DNA from: Pecten maximus
Taxonomy: Eukaryota
DNA length: 64,000 bases
Assembly (NCBI RefSeq): GCF_902652985.1
Contig: NC_047016.1
Coordinates: 53,940,001 to 54,004,000, forward strand
Direction of reading: 5' to 3'
Below are positions 51,180 through 64,000 of this stretch, piece by piece. The position numbers and the translations under genes were made by a program. The notes under the pieces are model-generated. The model did no database searches and was not told where the DNA came from. It saw nothing but the letters and a program-made list of their open reading frames with translations. The stretch's first letter is position 1. Every line of letters starts with the position of its first letter.

Positions 51180-51628
51180 ATTGTCATATTAAAATACACA
51201 TTTTATACAACGAAGGGATTATTATATTAGAATACACAGTTTATACAAACAAAGGGATTGTTATATTACAGTTCACAGTTTATACAAAGAAAGGGATTGT
51301 TTTATTAAAATATACAGTTTATACAAAGAAAGGGATTGTTATATTAGAATACACAGTTTATACAAACAAAGGGATTGTTATATTAAAATACACAATTTAT
51401 ACAACGAAAGGGATTGTTATATTAAAATACACAATTTATACAAAGAAAGGGATTGCTATATTAAAATACACAATTTATACAAACAAAGGGATTGTCATAT
51501 TAAAATACACAGTTTATACAAACAAAGGGATTGTTATATTAAAATACACAATTTATACAAAGAAAGGGATTGCTATATTGAAATACAGAATTTATACAAA
51601 GAAAGGGATTGTTATATTAGAATACACA
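51180..51628. repeat. ~39-bp minisatellite
   Basis: Unit tttatacaaagaaagggattgttatattaaaatacacag. Confidence 0.9.
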
Positions 51629-54600
51629 TCAATTATATGTCCCCAGTACTGCAAGTGCTATTTCATGTCTTTTGAGTTTAAAGGATGTTATTTCATGTTG
51701 AATTATGGGCCCAAATCTTCATAACGAAGGATTGCATAAAAGAAAAAGCAGATACTTAGTAAATATGTTTAGCAATATATTAAACATAATAACACAGCAA
51801 TTGCGTCCTGTTGTTGTTGCTGTTTCATTATGTGCAAGTATATTTGTTATATTACATTAGCTAAGGTGTTCATGTCATCTGACAAAAACAATGTCTTTGA
51901 TTTAACACGACTTTTTATTGGCCAAGTTACGTAATTCAAAGGAATTAGTGTTTACAAAAAATTACTGCGACTTTGGATATACAAGGTGAATTCACAGGCA
52001 AAAATATCTTCATGTCAATTAAGGTTTCTTCAGGTCAATTCACCTCTAAATGACATTTACTTTTTTCTTTATGTGAAATTGACGTCATTTTCAGGTCATT
52101 TTGAGATCATTTTCATGTCAAGTTTTTCTTTCTGGTCAGATTTACCTCAATACATTTTTGCCTGTGTAGCACTTTGTATGATTTTGTATAATTTATGCCT
52201 CACTGGTGAAAATGAAAAATATTATGTTTGATTAACAAGCGTTATCAAATTTGTGTGCAATTCTGTGAGAATTACAGAACCATAACTTTCTTAAGAAAGT
52301 AGTTCAATCCTTAATTATCCACCTAACATAATATTACAAACATACGTGCATAGCTGCATGATCTGTCAATTTGTTTCAAGTCATTTCGTCCTTCGATGCA
52401 ATAATGTAATTCTGTATCGAAATGGTTTGCTTCAGATGCATGCTGCTGTGACGAAAAGGTTTGCTTCGATGACATCGACAAATTGGCAATTTGCCCTAAA
52501 AATGAAATACACACATTTCAAAGGTCATCAGAACGTGGCCCCTTATGCGATGTCGTTAGATGTTCATGTAACGTAGTGAGAATGACCATCTAGATTTTAA
52601 TTAGATTGGCTTTTTCACGGAAATGAATATATATTTGTTTAGTTCTTTGACTGTGTTTATTATATTTGATCATCCTGTGATTAGTGTTGGATTGTATATT
52701 TGCTATGTGATGGATATTTCTATTTACCCTACGTGTGTAAAGGATACGTAAAACACTTGTTGACACGTACAACACACTAAGTACAAAAACACGCCATGTT
52801 TTTCCGCCATGTTGCTCGCTCCGCTGTTTACATTCACGGTAGGTGCTCTACACGGAGCTGTGTTCGATTTCCTGCCAACTGTGGAGGTGGCAGGGTGTCA
52901 AGCTTAAAGAGGATCGAGACGATATGGAATCTCAATCATTTTCACGCTTTCTTTAGCCGGTAATTTAACTGTTGTTTTGAGAGTAAACTGTATGCTTTGA
53001 TATTGTATTTGGTCCATGGGATCGAATGTAGTCGACCAATGATGTTCTCCTCGGCGTCAAGTAACACTAATATAACAGTCATGCTGCATGTTATTTACCT
53101 TTCGAATCATATTGAATGTTTTACTACATTGGTATAAAATATAAACGTTGATGATATTTTCTGATAAGAGAAACTGCTTACTCAATGTTGGTTACCAAGG
53201 GTTGTACAAAATACACATATGAGAAAAGTAGCTTTAAGTATGAACCCAGTAACAGATACAGCATATGCTGAATAAACATATAAAAGTCTAGGACCCGTTA
53301 GTGATGGCCGAGACCAAACATACAATAAAAATCTTAAAGAAAAGTCAGGGAAGTTAAAAGCACCAATAGGTAAGGACAGGCAACATAGACGGGGATATCC
53401 ATCACCACAATACTCCATAAACATGATAGTGACATACTAACATCGGGAAATATTGGAAACATGCCACAGTACAAAAACATAGAATATAAAATCCAATATC
53501 AAAATCATTTCAGACTGAAAACAGTAACAATGATAAGAAAAAAAAACCAAGAAAGAACAATGTATCGTTTAAATGAATCATACATAAGGTGTGAAACACA
53601 AGGTAGGTCTGACGCTTCGTGTCCATCCTCATTTAGACTAATTGTCGCCACTAACATTGTGGGTATACACTAGGTTAAGTTAACGGATTACGCTTAATGC
53701 GTCTTATTGTCAATTAAGGGTTTACAACTAGAATTAGTTTGAATAAAATACCATATATCTGTCATTTGTTGTGGGATATTTCTGGCTGTTAATTCATGGC
53801 GAGGTTTTCATTGTCCCTTAACTTCATTATACGCTGTCATTATGTTGAAATAGTGACAATTAACTTCAGTCTTTAACACTTCGCAGTAATCTTAGTTTGA
53901 AAAGTTTTCAAAACAAGAAATAAACCGGATGTTAAAATTCAAATGGACTGGAACGGGGAGATAACTCGATGACAGATTAACTGGGTGTAAAATCAAGAGT
54001 CGGCAACATGCGCTGATCCGGAACTATTTCAGATCATCACGTGACCGTAATTAATCCCCATGGACCTCTGGCCCCATACACACGCGCTGAGTTTGGACCT
54101 GCCAGACTGTGTATTTGATGTAGTATAATTATTTTTCTTCGCATTATGACCGTTTTACAGTTTACTATAGAAGGAATATGAAATCTTGATACTGTCGCTG
54201 GTTTATCTATTGGAAATTTGAGTTCAATTTTTTTAACATATAAAGATGTTCGCTATTTCTAGATGCGAACTAGTTTTCTCTTAAGATAACCTCGGGTGAC
54301 TTTGAGCCCTAATGAAACATGGAGTTGATATGAATATGTAATTCATTTGTAAACATGGAATCGGCATAAGATGAACTTATGATTTTGTTTTCTATAAATA
54401 CAATAATGTTTATATACAAATGATCATGACCGTTTATACGAGGGACACCGACAGTAATAAATTCAGATTTAAAGCCATGGACACTGGTCATCCTGTGGTC
54501 AACTGTAGCTCCCTGTACAATCTTTCTTTGGTAATATTCTATTATTTAGGTGATGTATTAATAGAGATGGACAACAGGGAACACACACGGAAGCCCTGTG

Positions 54601-57600
54601 AAGGAGAATCAAATCCTGACTGATAAATTGACTTCATGATTTTGGTGGCAATACAAGCTAATAACAATTTTACTAAGGGATTCATTTAACGTGATTGAGA
54701 ATATAACAGTGTTATTTGGGTTGAAAAAGGATACATGTATCTATATTATAGAATTATACCAAATATCTTTTTAATCTTTTTGAGGTAGGTACAAGAGGTA
54801 ACAATAAGTCACTTTTGTAAGACAGATATACCGAAGCATCTACAATGTTTATTAACTTAGCTATACTTAAACTTTGTGTACATTCCTTAACACCTTAAAG
54901 CGTTGTAGAAACAAAATAGACATATCACCACATGTTAGGCTTAGGGCTACTTTTAATCAACCGTAAGAGATTTTCCACAATATGGCAATTTGTTTGCGAG
55001 ATTTCGACACGTTAGTGAGATATAGCGGTCAGACACTTGGGCTTCGTTAGTACACTGGTGTGTATCCAGTCAGAACACTAGTCCTTATGGTACCTTTGGG
55101 GTGAATTCCTAATGGTTCCTGTCAAATAACATAAATTCTTACCTGTCTTGCAACAGTTCATATGTCCCAAAACTGTTCTTCTAAAACAGTGTTAAATTTT
55201 TTATAAATTCGTGGTGAGGAGTTTTCGTTTTCAGTTCTTCCCTTTAGTCTATTCTACTGTTTATACAAATGTCTTCGGTATATATCAATGCATGTTGAAA
55301 AAAGAATAAATGAATAAATATATAAGAAAATGCCGACGTGTAGGTAAGGTCGTATTTAATTCAAAATCAATAAAATCAGGGCGAAATATAAGCAAAATAT
55401 ATACTGAGTAATCGAGTACAAGAGCATTATCGAGTGTTCGGGAAGGATAAGCGTCTTTTGCTTCATAATATATCATATTCGCCAAATAAGTCTAAGTCAA
55501 GGGAATATGATGTTACGTCCTCTAAATGAGAATCGCAGTGATGACAACAGCATTAAACAATAGTTTTACTAAAGTAGGCTAAGGAACTGGAGTAAAATAT
55601 AAATCCAATCTCTCAAAAACTGGAATAGAAAACAGTGTTTGATGATGTGCTCTCCCATATAATGGCCGTAGGGGAGTGCAAGTGTTATCAATGTTACACA
55701 AATGGAGATCCAGATATCGGATTATCTAGGGCAGACTATACTGATACATAGTAGGTGAGCATGGTATATCTTTTGTTGAATCGCCGATAATTCTGAAATA
55801 TGGCTACATATACTTCCGTCACTCTGTTCGTACGGTCTATATCTACACTCGAGTGAGGGTTTTAAGGGGACGTATATAGCCGAAAAGGTAGGCCCATGGA
55901 ATGTATGTAAGTCACATAGGCTGTAATACGATGTCCCCGGTGTATGACGGAATGGTTTGGTCCGTTTATGATATATGTTTGTGTATTTAAAGAGATTAAT
56001 GTCCCTCCTGATAAGAAATCGTACGTCTATGTAGATTTTCCCATTCACGCATTGCCGTATATGATATCAGGAGAATATTTGATAACATGAAAAAAAATAA
56101 AATTGCGAAGTCACCCACAAAAATAAATGTCATTGTGGATTCGGTCAAATTTCTCTAATTTCTAATTTATTCTGATAAGAAAATTATCTTTTGTGTCCGT
56201 AGATGTGTCGTATGTCTCATGAAGATGTCGATTATGGGTGTAAAATGTTATAATAACTATCATATTTGTCATTGCCAGTGTCTTTGTTATCGTCTGTCAT
56301 CGCTCTCATTGCTCCAGTTATTTACCCTTTGTGTTTACCTTGAAGTGTTTTTTATCTCATCACCGCTCCTTTCCACACCGGTACCCCTGTTGATAATTGT
56401 TTAGACAAGTTCTCTTTTTCCTCGTGATAAAAACAAACTTATCAGTGATATATATTTTATCATCACGTGCTCGCAGACTTCTAATATTTGATCCCAATGT
56501 CCCATCCGTATAGGGTAAATGTTCGGGCTGATCGGAGATACTAGAAGGAGGGATAAACAAAAGTTAGGTACAAATGGCCACGTGATCAGTTCTAACTGTA
56601 AACCTAAGAGTTTTCAATTTCTCATCAAGAGAACCGGACAGGCGACTAGAACTACCAGTCATATCAACAAACATAAGACAATATCGATAATATATATACA
56701 AGGAGATGTTTTCAATCTCAAATTACACGTGGAAACGTTTAATGTATTTGCCAATGAACTCGAATATTAAAATTAATGTAAATTAGTCTTCACCATAGTG
56801 CTCATTTTGAGATTGTGACTTAAACCTTGACTACAACCGGATTTAACCTAGATTTAGTTTGGCGGATGTCAATGAGGCAGACGACGCCTAACCTCCAGAA
56901 TACCTGGTCCCCACATACTTGTCTAGGGCTCCATACAAATATATATAAGTTTGTCCCATTTGTTATCGATTTTGAGTTAGAATTACGGATTCGTTATTAT
57001 GTGGGTGTCACCTGTTGTTTCTATGGTAATTTTAAGTGTAAATAAGCTCAGCACATAACATATTAAACATAATTAGCCATGATGTCTTCACCCACCGATT
57101 ATTTAAGAGTCACACGTGGTAATACCGAGTCGAGTCAGTGGTGAACTCGGACTGTCCCCACACTTCCGCGAGCCTCTTCATATTATTCATGCAATGTAGA
57201 CGATTCAGCCACTGTCGCTGGGAACTATTGAGACTTCATGGAACCCGGTACTGGTCAGTATACAGGGTAGTCTAATGATGTCAACAGTAAATTTGGAAGA
57301 TTTTCAACAACAGACAAGCGTATAACGTTAAAGTAGCCCATTTCATGTCCGATACAATAAGCCCTTATAGTGACTAATTAACATTTTAGCAGATTTTTGT
57401 CGCCTTTTCAGAATAAGTCAAAACCTATTGGCCAATTAAGATGTAATCAGGGAACAGGAAGGGCAAAACGGGGAAACACAATGTCGCCCTTTTAAGGTTA
57501 AATCATCGGACCTCGGACATTGGCACGAGTTCGGTCATTATGGGGGAACATTATTTACAAATATATGTCTAAATAGGTTATTCTTTACATTTAGAACTCC

Positions 57601-59346
57601 ACCGTGGCACATACCTCACTATAAATCTTACACGATAAGCTGTTTACTGTCGACTCTACATGTTCTAACATATAGCCCGTACTTTTTACTCGCGCATGCG
57701 CCCGGAGTTCTGACATTGTACTACCAACGATTGATAATTAATCCCGCCTTGAAGCTTCCGTCTTTTCATTACTCGACTTGAGTTAAGATGGATTTATTGT
57801 TGACGGAAATTCATACAAGCTAATAATTATTAGATATCTCGTATTTATATGAAGAAGAACCATTTTATTATATGTATTTAGCATTTTATCTATTAGCATA
57901 AATTAAATGATACTGTTATATCTAACGATGAATTCACATATGTTATTAAATTATTGACAAAATTATCTTCTATCGGAACCTGACATTTATCAATTATGGA
58001 CCTCTGGTGAGGTTAAGATGATGGTATACCGATAAAATATCACAACATATTGACCTCCACGTAACCATGGTTCAGCCAATGAGAATTGAGAAAAACGGAC
58101 CATATCTAATTTAAATGTGTATAAAAAACAGGAGCGAATTGCGATTCGATATGTTTGTTTATTTTTGTGATGTGTTATGCATTAATATATATTTTGAATA
58201 TAATATAAATTTAATGATGCTTTTATGATTAATATAATAATATTTAAACACTGGATCTGAATAGTTTGGATCAGAACGTATCATAAATATATAAATATTT
58301 TATAAAAAAAAAAAGAAGCACAGTTTCAATTCGATGAGTTTGTTTAGGTGTTTTTATTTAGTTTCAAAGTAATGGTCCTGGTTACAAAGAAACCCCATTT
58401 GGGACCTCTATTTCTTCTCTAAAAGTAAAAATCGTTCGTGAATGGAGTCTGAAAATCTGTCTCCCATTATTGCATTTCCATGGACTCCGTGCTAGCGACC
58501 GTTTCAATTATTGGGATTTCGGAGAATTCCATTATTTAAACCTTTATTTCTGTAAAAGAAGTCCATCGTTTACCCAAGAAAAAACAAACATGGCACGGTT
58601 CGTTGCATTAGTTTGTCATACATCCTTGTGGAATTGCTCTCCCCGGATTCGTGTTGTCAGCGAACGTTTGGTGAGGCGATAACATCGACAGCACCACATG
58701 GTCTTACAGCCAGCGTAAACCACATCATTTTACACAAAGTCATAACCACATTTTAAATCAATCAAATCGGCCTGTAAAGATGTTATGAAATATTGCGTAA
58801 AATTAAAATTGAAAATTTGAAATGTTCCTTTGTTTAGATTTGATCACTTTATTATAAATAAGACGATAATTAGACGAGAGAATGTGTATCAGAACACACA
58901 CACACTTTATGTATACATTGTACATATTTATTAAAACCATATTAATATAGCAATTCATCTTTACACACTATTGTCGAAGTCCAAAACATCGACATTGGCA
59001 GCAAAACGCTGGGATTTGGAATATACTGCTTCAGGACAACGACACAAAAAAGCAAAGAGACCAAACTCTGAGATTTGGAATAGATTGCTTCAGGACAACG
59101 ACACAAAAACAAAATAAAACAAAGAGACCCAACTCTGATATTTTGAATATAATTATGGCTTTAGAAAAACGACACAATACAGAAAAGAGACCCCAATAAA
59201 CAAAGGTCACAATATATAAAGGAAAGGTGTTCCGAAAGTCAATGGTATTTGGTGCCAGACGTGTGAAGGTATATCGGAGGTAGAGATAATTCTACGATGA
59301 AGACCGAGTTCATGTAACTCTTCGTTATTCCTTCTACTTCATTTGC

Positions 59347-59612
59347 TTTCCCGTTTCCCTTTCCGGTTTATCTTTCCCGTTTCCCTTTCCGGTTTATCTT
59401 TCCCGTTTCCCTTTCCCGTTTATCTTTCCCGTTTCCCTTTCCCGTTTATCTTTCCCGTTTCCCTTTCCCGTTTATCTTTCCCGTTTCCCTTTCCCGTTTA
59501 TCTTTCCTGTTGCCCTTTCCCGTTTCCCTTTCCCGTTTCACTTTCCCATTTCCTTTTTCCGGTCCCTTTCCCCGTTGCCCTTTTCCATTTCCTTTTCCCG
59601 TTTCCCTTTCCT
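59347..59612. repeat. Pyrimidine-rich simple repeat
   Basis: (tttcccgtttccc / tttatctttcccg)n. Confidence 0.9.
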
Positions 59613-60606
59613 GTACAAATGATACTTACCGGACCATTGTAATATAAACTGAAGCATTATATCACCATGGACTCTTACTAAGTTGTGTCCTACACATTAC
59701 TACTCCACTTCCGGTATATTCGTAATTCTAGCATTACTTTTAATTACTTACAAATTAGTATGTCACGCTGACATCCTCGTTATTTTCCGAATAGCTGTGG
59801 CAAAAAACATAAAATGACATATCCGTGAGGATTAAGGCGTCCGCGTTAATTAACATTTGCAAATATAAAACTTTCGTGTTCAAGACAAAAGAGACAGTTG
59901 GTTTTCAAGTTGAAACGGGAAAGTCAAGCTTATAGCTTATCATCTGAATCAAAACTTAAACTACCTTGCCCGATGTCATGATAGTCAGTCGAACAGGTAT
60001 GTCTGATGATTGTATACCAGTCAAACACAGAAGTCAGAAAGCATAACGGATATATTTTACACAGTCGATCTTCAAAGTCATGGTAACAAGCAAAAATCAC
60101 AGAAGTTAACAGAACTCGAAAATGAGACGTCGACCTACACACGAATGAAAAGTGTCCAATGACCATCTGAAAGTGAATGTTTGATTTTGTTTCTTTAAGT
60201 TTTATCTTCACCGAAGAACTCTTATTGATAGTCCCAAGTGTCCTTGTATGGAATCAAATGAACCCAACGACCATTATATATTGTATCGTCTTCTTTTTTC
60301 ACAGCCTGCAAATATTTAATGATATAAAATATCCATTAACAACTTATTTACTTTAGGTTCGGAAATGATGAGCTTTCTGATGATGAAAATGTTACACTAT
60401 TTTCATGTGTGCAATCTTTCATTGTTAACTCCAAACGATTAAACTGTGGTCTTTCAGCCATTCTTGTTCCATGCCAGTTATATTATATTCTCATTTGCAT
60501 GGGCAATCCTCCGTCTTCCACATCCATCCAACCCAACCTCTTCCCACATACCCCTCTCCTCTCATTCTTCTACAACCCAACTTCATCCCAATCTCACATC
60601 CCCCCC

Positions 60607-60641
<35 letters not shown>

Positions 60642-61251
60642 GTAAACTCTCAAACTGTGTTTAAAATCATTCGAAGTATAAAGACTTGTTTCCGGATCCT
60701 TCTATACTGTTTTAAATATTTATAATGAAATAAAGTTTATATTAATTTTGTTTTATCAGTAAAACACAGAGATCAGGTACAGAAGTAAATACCACCTTTG
60801 ATTGTTGCTTGTTTGGACATACCAAAAATGTGTCCGAAGTCATCTTAAGGTACGATAGTGAAGAAACAAGATGAAATGATCGGGACATTAAAATCTTATG
60901 TCCTAGTTATAAAATGATAGGATCGTTATAATCTTAAGTCGTAATTTACACGAAACTTAAAACATTCGAACATTTTTACAAATAAAACGTTGGATGTTAT
61001 TATTTTAAAATGAAAAGGCTTTAAAGTCACATACTCCCGAAGAAACATATATCAATGTTTACATTTTGAACTTTTTACAGTTTTCGGACTTGATACATAC
61101 CTAACAGATTATCGTGAATCAGAAACTGAAAGAAAATGGGAATTATGAAAGTATACGGGGAATTCCCAAAAATAATAACTGTGGCTGCCGGACCAAGTTT
61201 CTCTGAAAATTAGTCCCACAATGCAACGGCGGGTTTTACAGTCCATACAAA

Positions 61252-61320
61252 ATGGCGGAACTCCGCAAGCGCGGAACTGCGAAAACGCAGACAGATTGTG
61301 CCAAAAAAAGGTTAACAAAA
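61252..61320 (+). CDS. Candidate first coding exon of an unidentified downstream gene (MAELRKRGTAKTQTDCAKKRLTK)
   Basis: caaaATGGCG context in a CpG-rich patch and a phase-0 donor AAA|gtatgt. No downstream exon identified in the window. Confidence 0.4.
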
Positions 61321-63359
61321 GTATGTGAAATCGGCAAAACTCGGTTATTTCCTTAGGAAAGGAAATGATTCGTTGGAAATTAACGAAAGTAGAAAAAGGA
61401 ATAGACTCGAATTCCGATTTTTCCGGGCGTCTATTGGATTGCTGGTTAGCTTTTGAACATTTTCAACTTAACCGAGCTAAGATTTTATGGATGGGTTGTT
61501 GTATGCATATCGCTACATTTTAAAATTAAGTATTTAATTGTAAACTATGTTTGTTTATTTTGTTAAGTAATCTAGGTATTACGCAATTATTCTGTTAATA
61601 TGTTTAAATGAAAGCATTATTAGGCAAAGTTCACGTATGCTCGATGTGTAAACAACGGCCATGTGTGTAGTTTATTCGCATTGCACGTTGTTATAGCCTC
61701 GTTCTCGGTTCCGGGACAAATCTCGCTATAAATATAAATATAAAAAGGACTCCCCCCCGGTCAAGCGTCCAGGCCAGTGGTCATTTTAATGTTGGGAGAG
61801 CGTGAATGAGCATCTTGGATTGCCTTTAATACATGTGTGCAACTAGAATTTTAGGTTGTTCGGGAGTATGTGGCTTTAACACATAAATAACAGTGACATG
61901 ATTTGTCATAACGTCATAACTGGAACAAGAACTGTGTGTCATTGTTAAAAAACCTGCAAACTCCATTAAAAAAGAGAAACATGAAAACGTGCACATGTCG
62001 AGTTACATAATTGTTTTCTATGGCTACATCATGTACCGTGCATACGCGCGCGCACGCAAACACCCTCCCTCTCTCACACACACAAACGCACACAAATGAA
62101 AGGAAAACAACTACCACGTTGAATAAAGCTCTATTGAGAGTGAGAGTTTTGTAAACTTACCCGATTGGACGCTGTCGATACAAAAATAAATTACATAAAT
62201 ATTACTCGGTGTGTTCATGATGCCATTGTTTAAAGTTTTTATTTTATTACAAACAGGACAAAACTTTACTAATTTCTATTACCTAAATAAAATCCTGTCA
62301 TATTTTTCCTCGGTACGTTAAGATTTGTTTGCTATTGATATTTGATTGGTAATTGCGTATGCTTTTTGAAATAGACACTTTCAGATTTAGATTTCAAGAA
62401 ATGAGACAAGACACGTTTTTGAGGTTAAAGTGTCACAAACATTATACAACTTTGTATACGGCATCACGTGAGCGTGACTCCCTGACTGCTCCTAACCATT
62501 GTTACAGGTCCGGAGATAAATATCCGTGTCGGAGACAATTATCTTTACACTTAAGTCTGGTGATTTACGTACGTCATAGTTATAATGTAACTTTACGCTG
62601 ACGGACACTGCCATAAGTGAGTTTTGCACGCGTAAGTTAAAGTGATTTCGGCAATATTTTTGTTCTGTAATTTATCTGTAAAACTTCAGTTTACATTTTT
62701 TTTATCTCGTGTTCAGTAATCCTCTTTTGTTGACTAGTTCCGGGATTTGAACGCCGAACAAGTTATGGTATTAGTCAGACTAATAAACATACCTCCTTTA
62801 GGATTCGAATCAGCGATCATGTTATCACTACGCTCCGGGCGTGATTTTGTACGCATGGCGACTTTGATAGGATGTAAAAGGACGCGATTTCCTCTTTTTC
62901 TAGATACATTATATCATCAACGTTCCATCCTAGCCGGTTTACATATCACAGTTTATCTGTATTCAAAGACATGTTCCGAATATCCCAATTTCAGCAGGGA
63001 GTGAATAGGGTAGAAAGGTGGTGGTGGTAACTGTGAACTGTTCATGGCCGTCATAATAGTATCACTGTGAAGAATATCTTACATGTTACAAAGATTGAGG
63101 CTTTTGATGCTGGTGATTACATGTTCATAATCATTGTTTTTTTTCTTTCTATTTTTAGAGAGTGGCATTATTGGAATTCGATCTACATATACATTGTACA
63201 TATCGCAAATAGTGAATGAAGCTGAAAACGTTTATTCTTACGAACCAATTGTAATCTATGGATTCCCTGTTGTTTCTCCTGTAAAAATCTCTTTTATAGA
63301 TGTATTGTCTGAATATTTCGTACAGCTTGTGTGCCAGTGCGGCAGGCAGAAAGTTCATC

Positions 63360-64000
63360 ACCCCCACCCCCACCATACCCTCACCATACCCCTACCATAC
63401 CCCTACCATACACCACCAAACCCTCACCATACCCCAGACCCACCAGACCCCACCAGACCCCACCAGACCCCAACCATGACCCGCACCAGACCCCAACCAG
63501 ACCCCACCAGACCCCGACCAGACCCCACCAGACCCGCACCAGACCCGACCAAGACCCACCAGACCCCACCAGACCCGACCAGACCCGCACCAGACCCGCA
63601 CCAGACCCCCACCAGACCACACCAGACCCTACCAAACCCACACCAGACCCCAGAACGCACCAACCCCCCACCAGACCCTCACCATACAACCCCACCAGAC
63701 CCCGACCATGACCCCACCAGACCCACCAGACCCACCAACAGACCCGCACCAGACCCGACCAGACCCCCACCAGACCCACCAACCAGACCCCACCAGACCC
63801 CACCAGACCCCGACCATACCCCAACCACCCCCATACCCCACCAGACCCCGACCAGACCCACCAGACCCCCCGAACAAACACCAACCACCAACCCCACCAG
63901 ACCCACCAGCCCCCACCAGACCCACCAGACCGCACCAACCCAACATACCCCCACCAGACCCAACGCACCAGACCCGCACCAGACCCCTAACCGAACCACA
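63360..64000. repeat. C/A-rich low-complexity ~10-bp repeat, continuing past the window end
   Basis: (ccccaccaga)n-like units. Confidence 0.9.

Noticed and set aside
53180-59335. Several Penelope-like or other old repeat fragments (~53190..53630, 55360..55460, 56860..56995, 58980..59330)
   Set aside because: Only a vague resemblance from memory, with no diagnostic protein motif or termini I can demonstrate.
63331-64000. Pro-rich and Gly/Val/Trp-rich ORFs
   Set aside because: Low-complexity repeat open in many frames.

Overview
AT-rich, intron-containing animal genomic DNA. The repeat types and CHMP5 sequence suggest a mollusc, probably a bivalve (inference). Three spliced protein-coding genes were reconstructed by hand. 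Two are a head-to-head pair of paralogous double-hotdog-fold (acyl-ACP/acyl-CoA thioesterase-like) genes: gene A complement(join(5618..6360,7529..7650,8694..8722)), 297 aa, and gene B join(9264..9376,10806..10924,13143..13879), 322 aa, with a mitochondrial-presequence-like N-terminus. The third is a complete 7-exon CHMP5/Vps60 gene (22794..27284, 220 aa). The rest is mobile and repetitive DNA: a young 5'-truncated LINE with a 12-bp TSD nested in an older antisense LINE, tRNA-derived SINEs, several MITEs and palindromic mini-elements, and more than a dozen tandem repeats that explain nearly all long ORFs in the ORF track. The most unusual structure is a ~22-copy intronic minisatellite in gene A built from that gene's own exon-2 end plus 5' splice site. 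It is an array of intact and mutated splice donors that also carries ~17 perfect CRE palindromes near the shared promoter. Candidate orphan first exons lie at 1929..1988 (-) and 61252..61320 (+). No CRISPR, rRNA or bona fide tRNA genes were seen.
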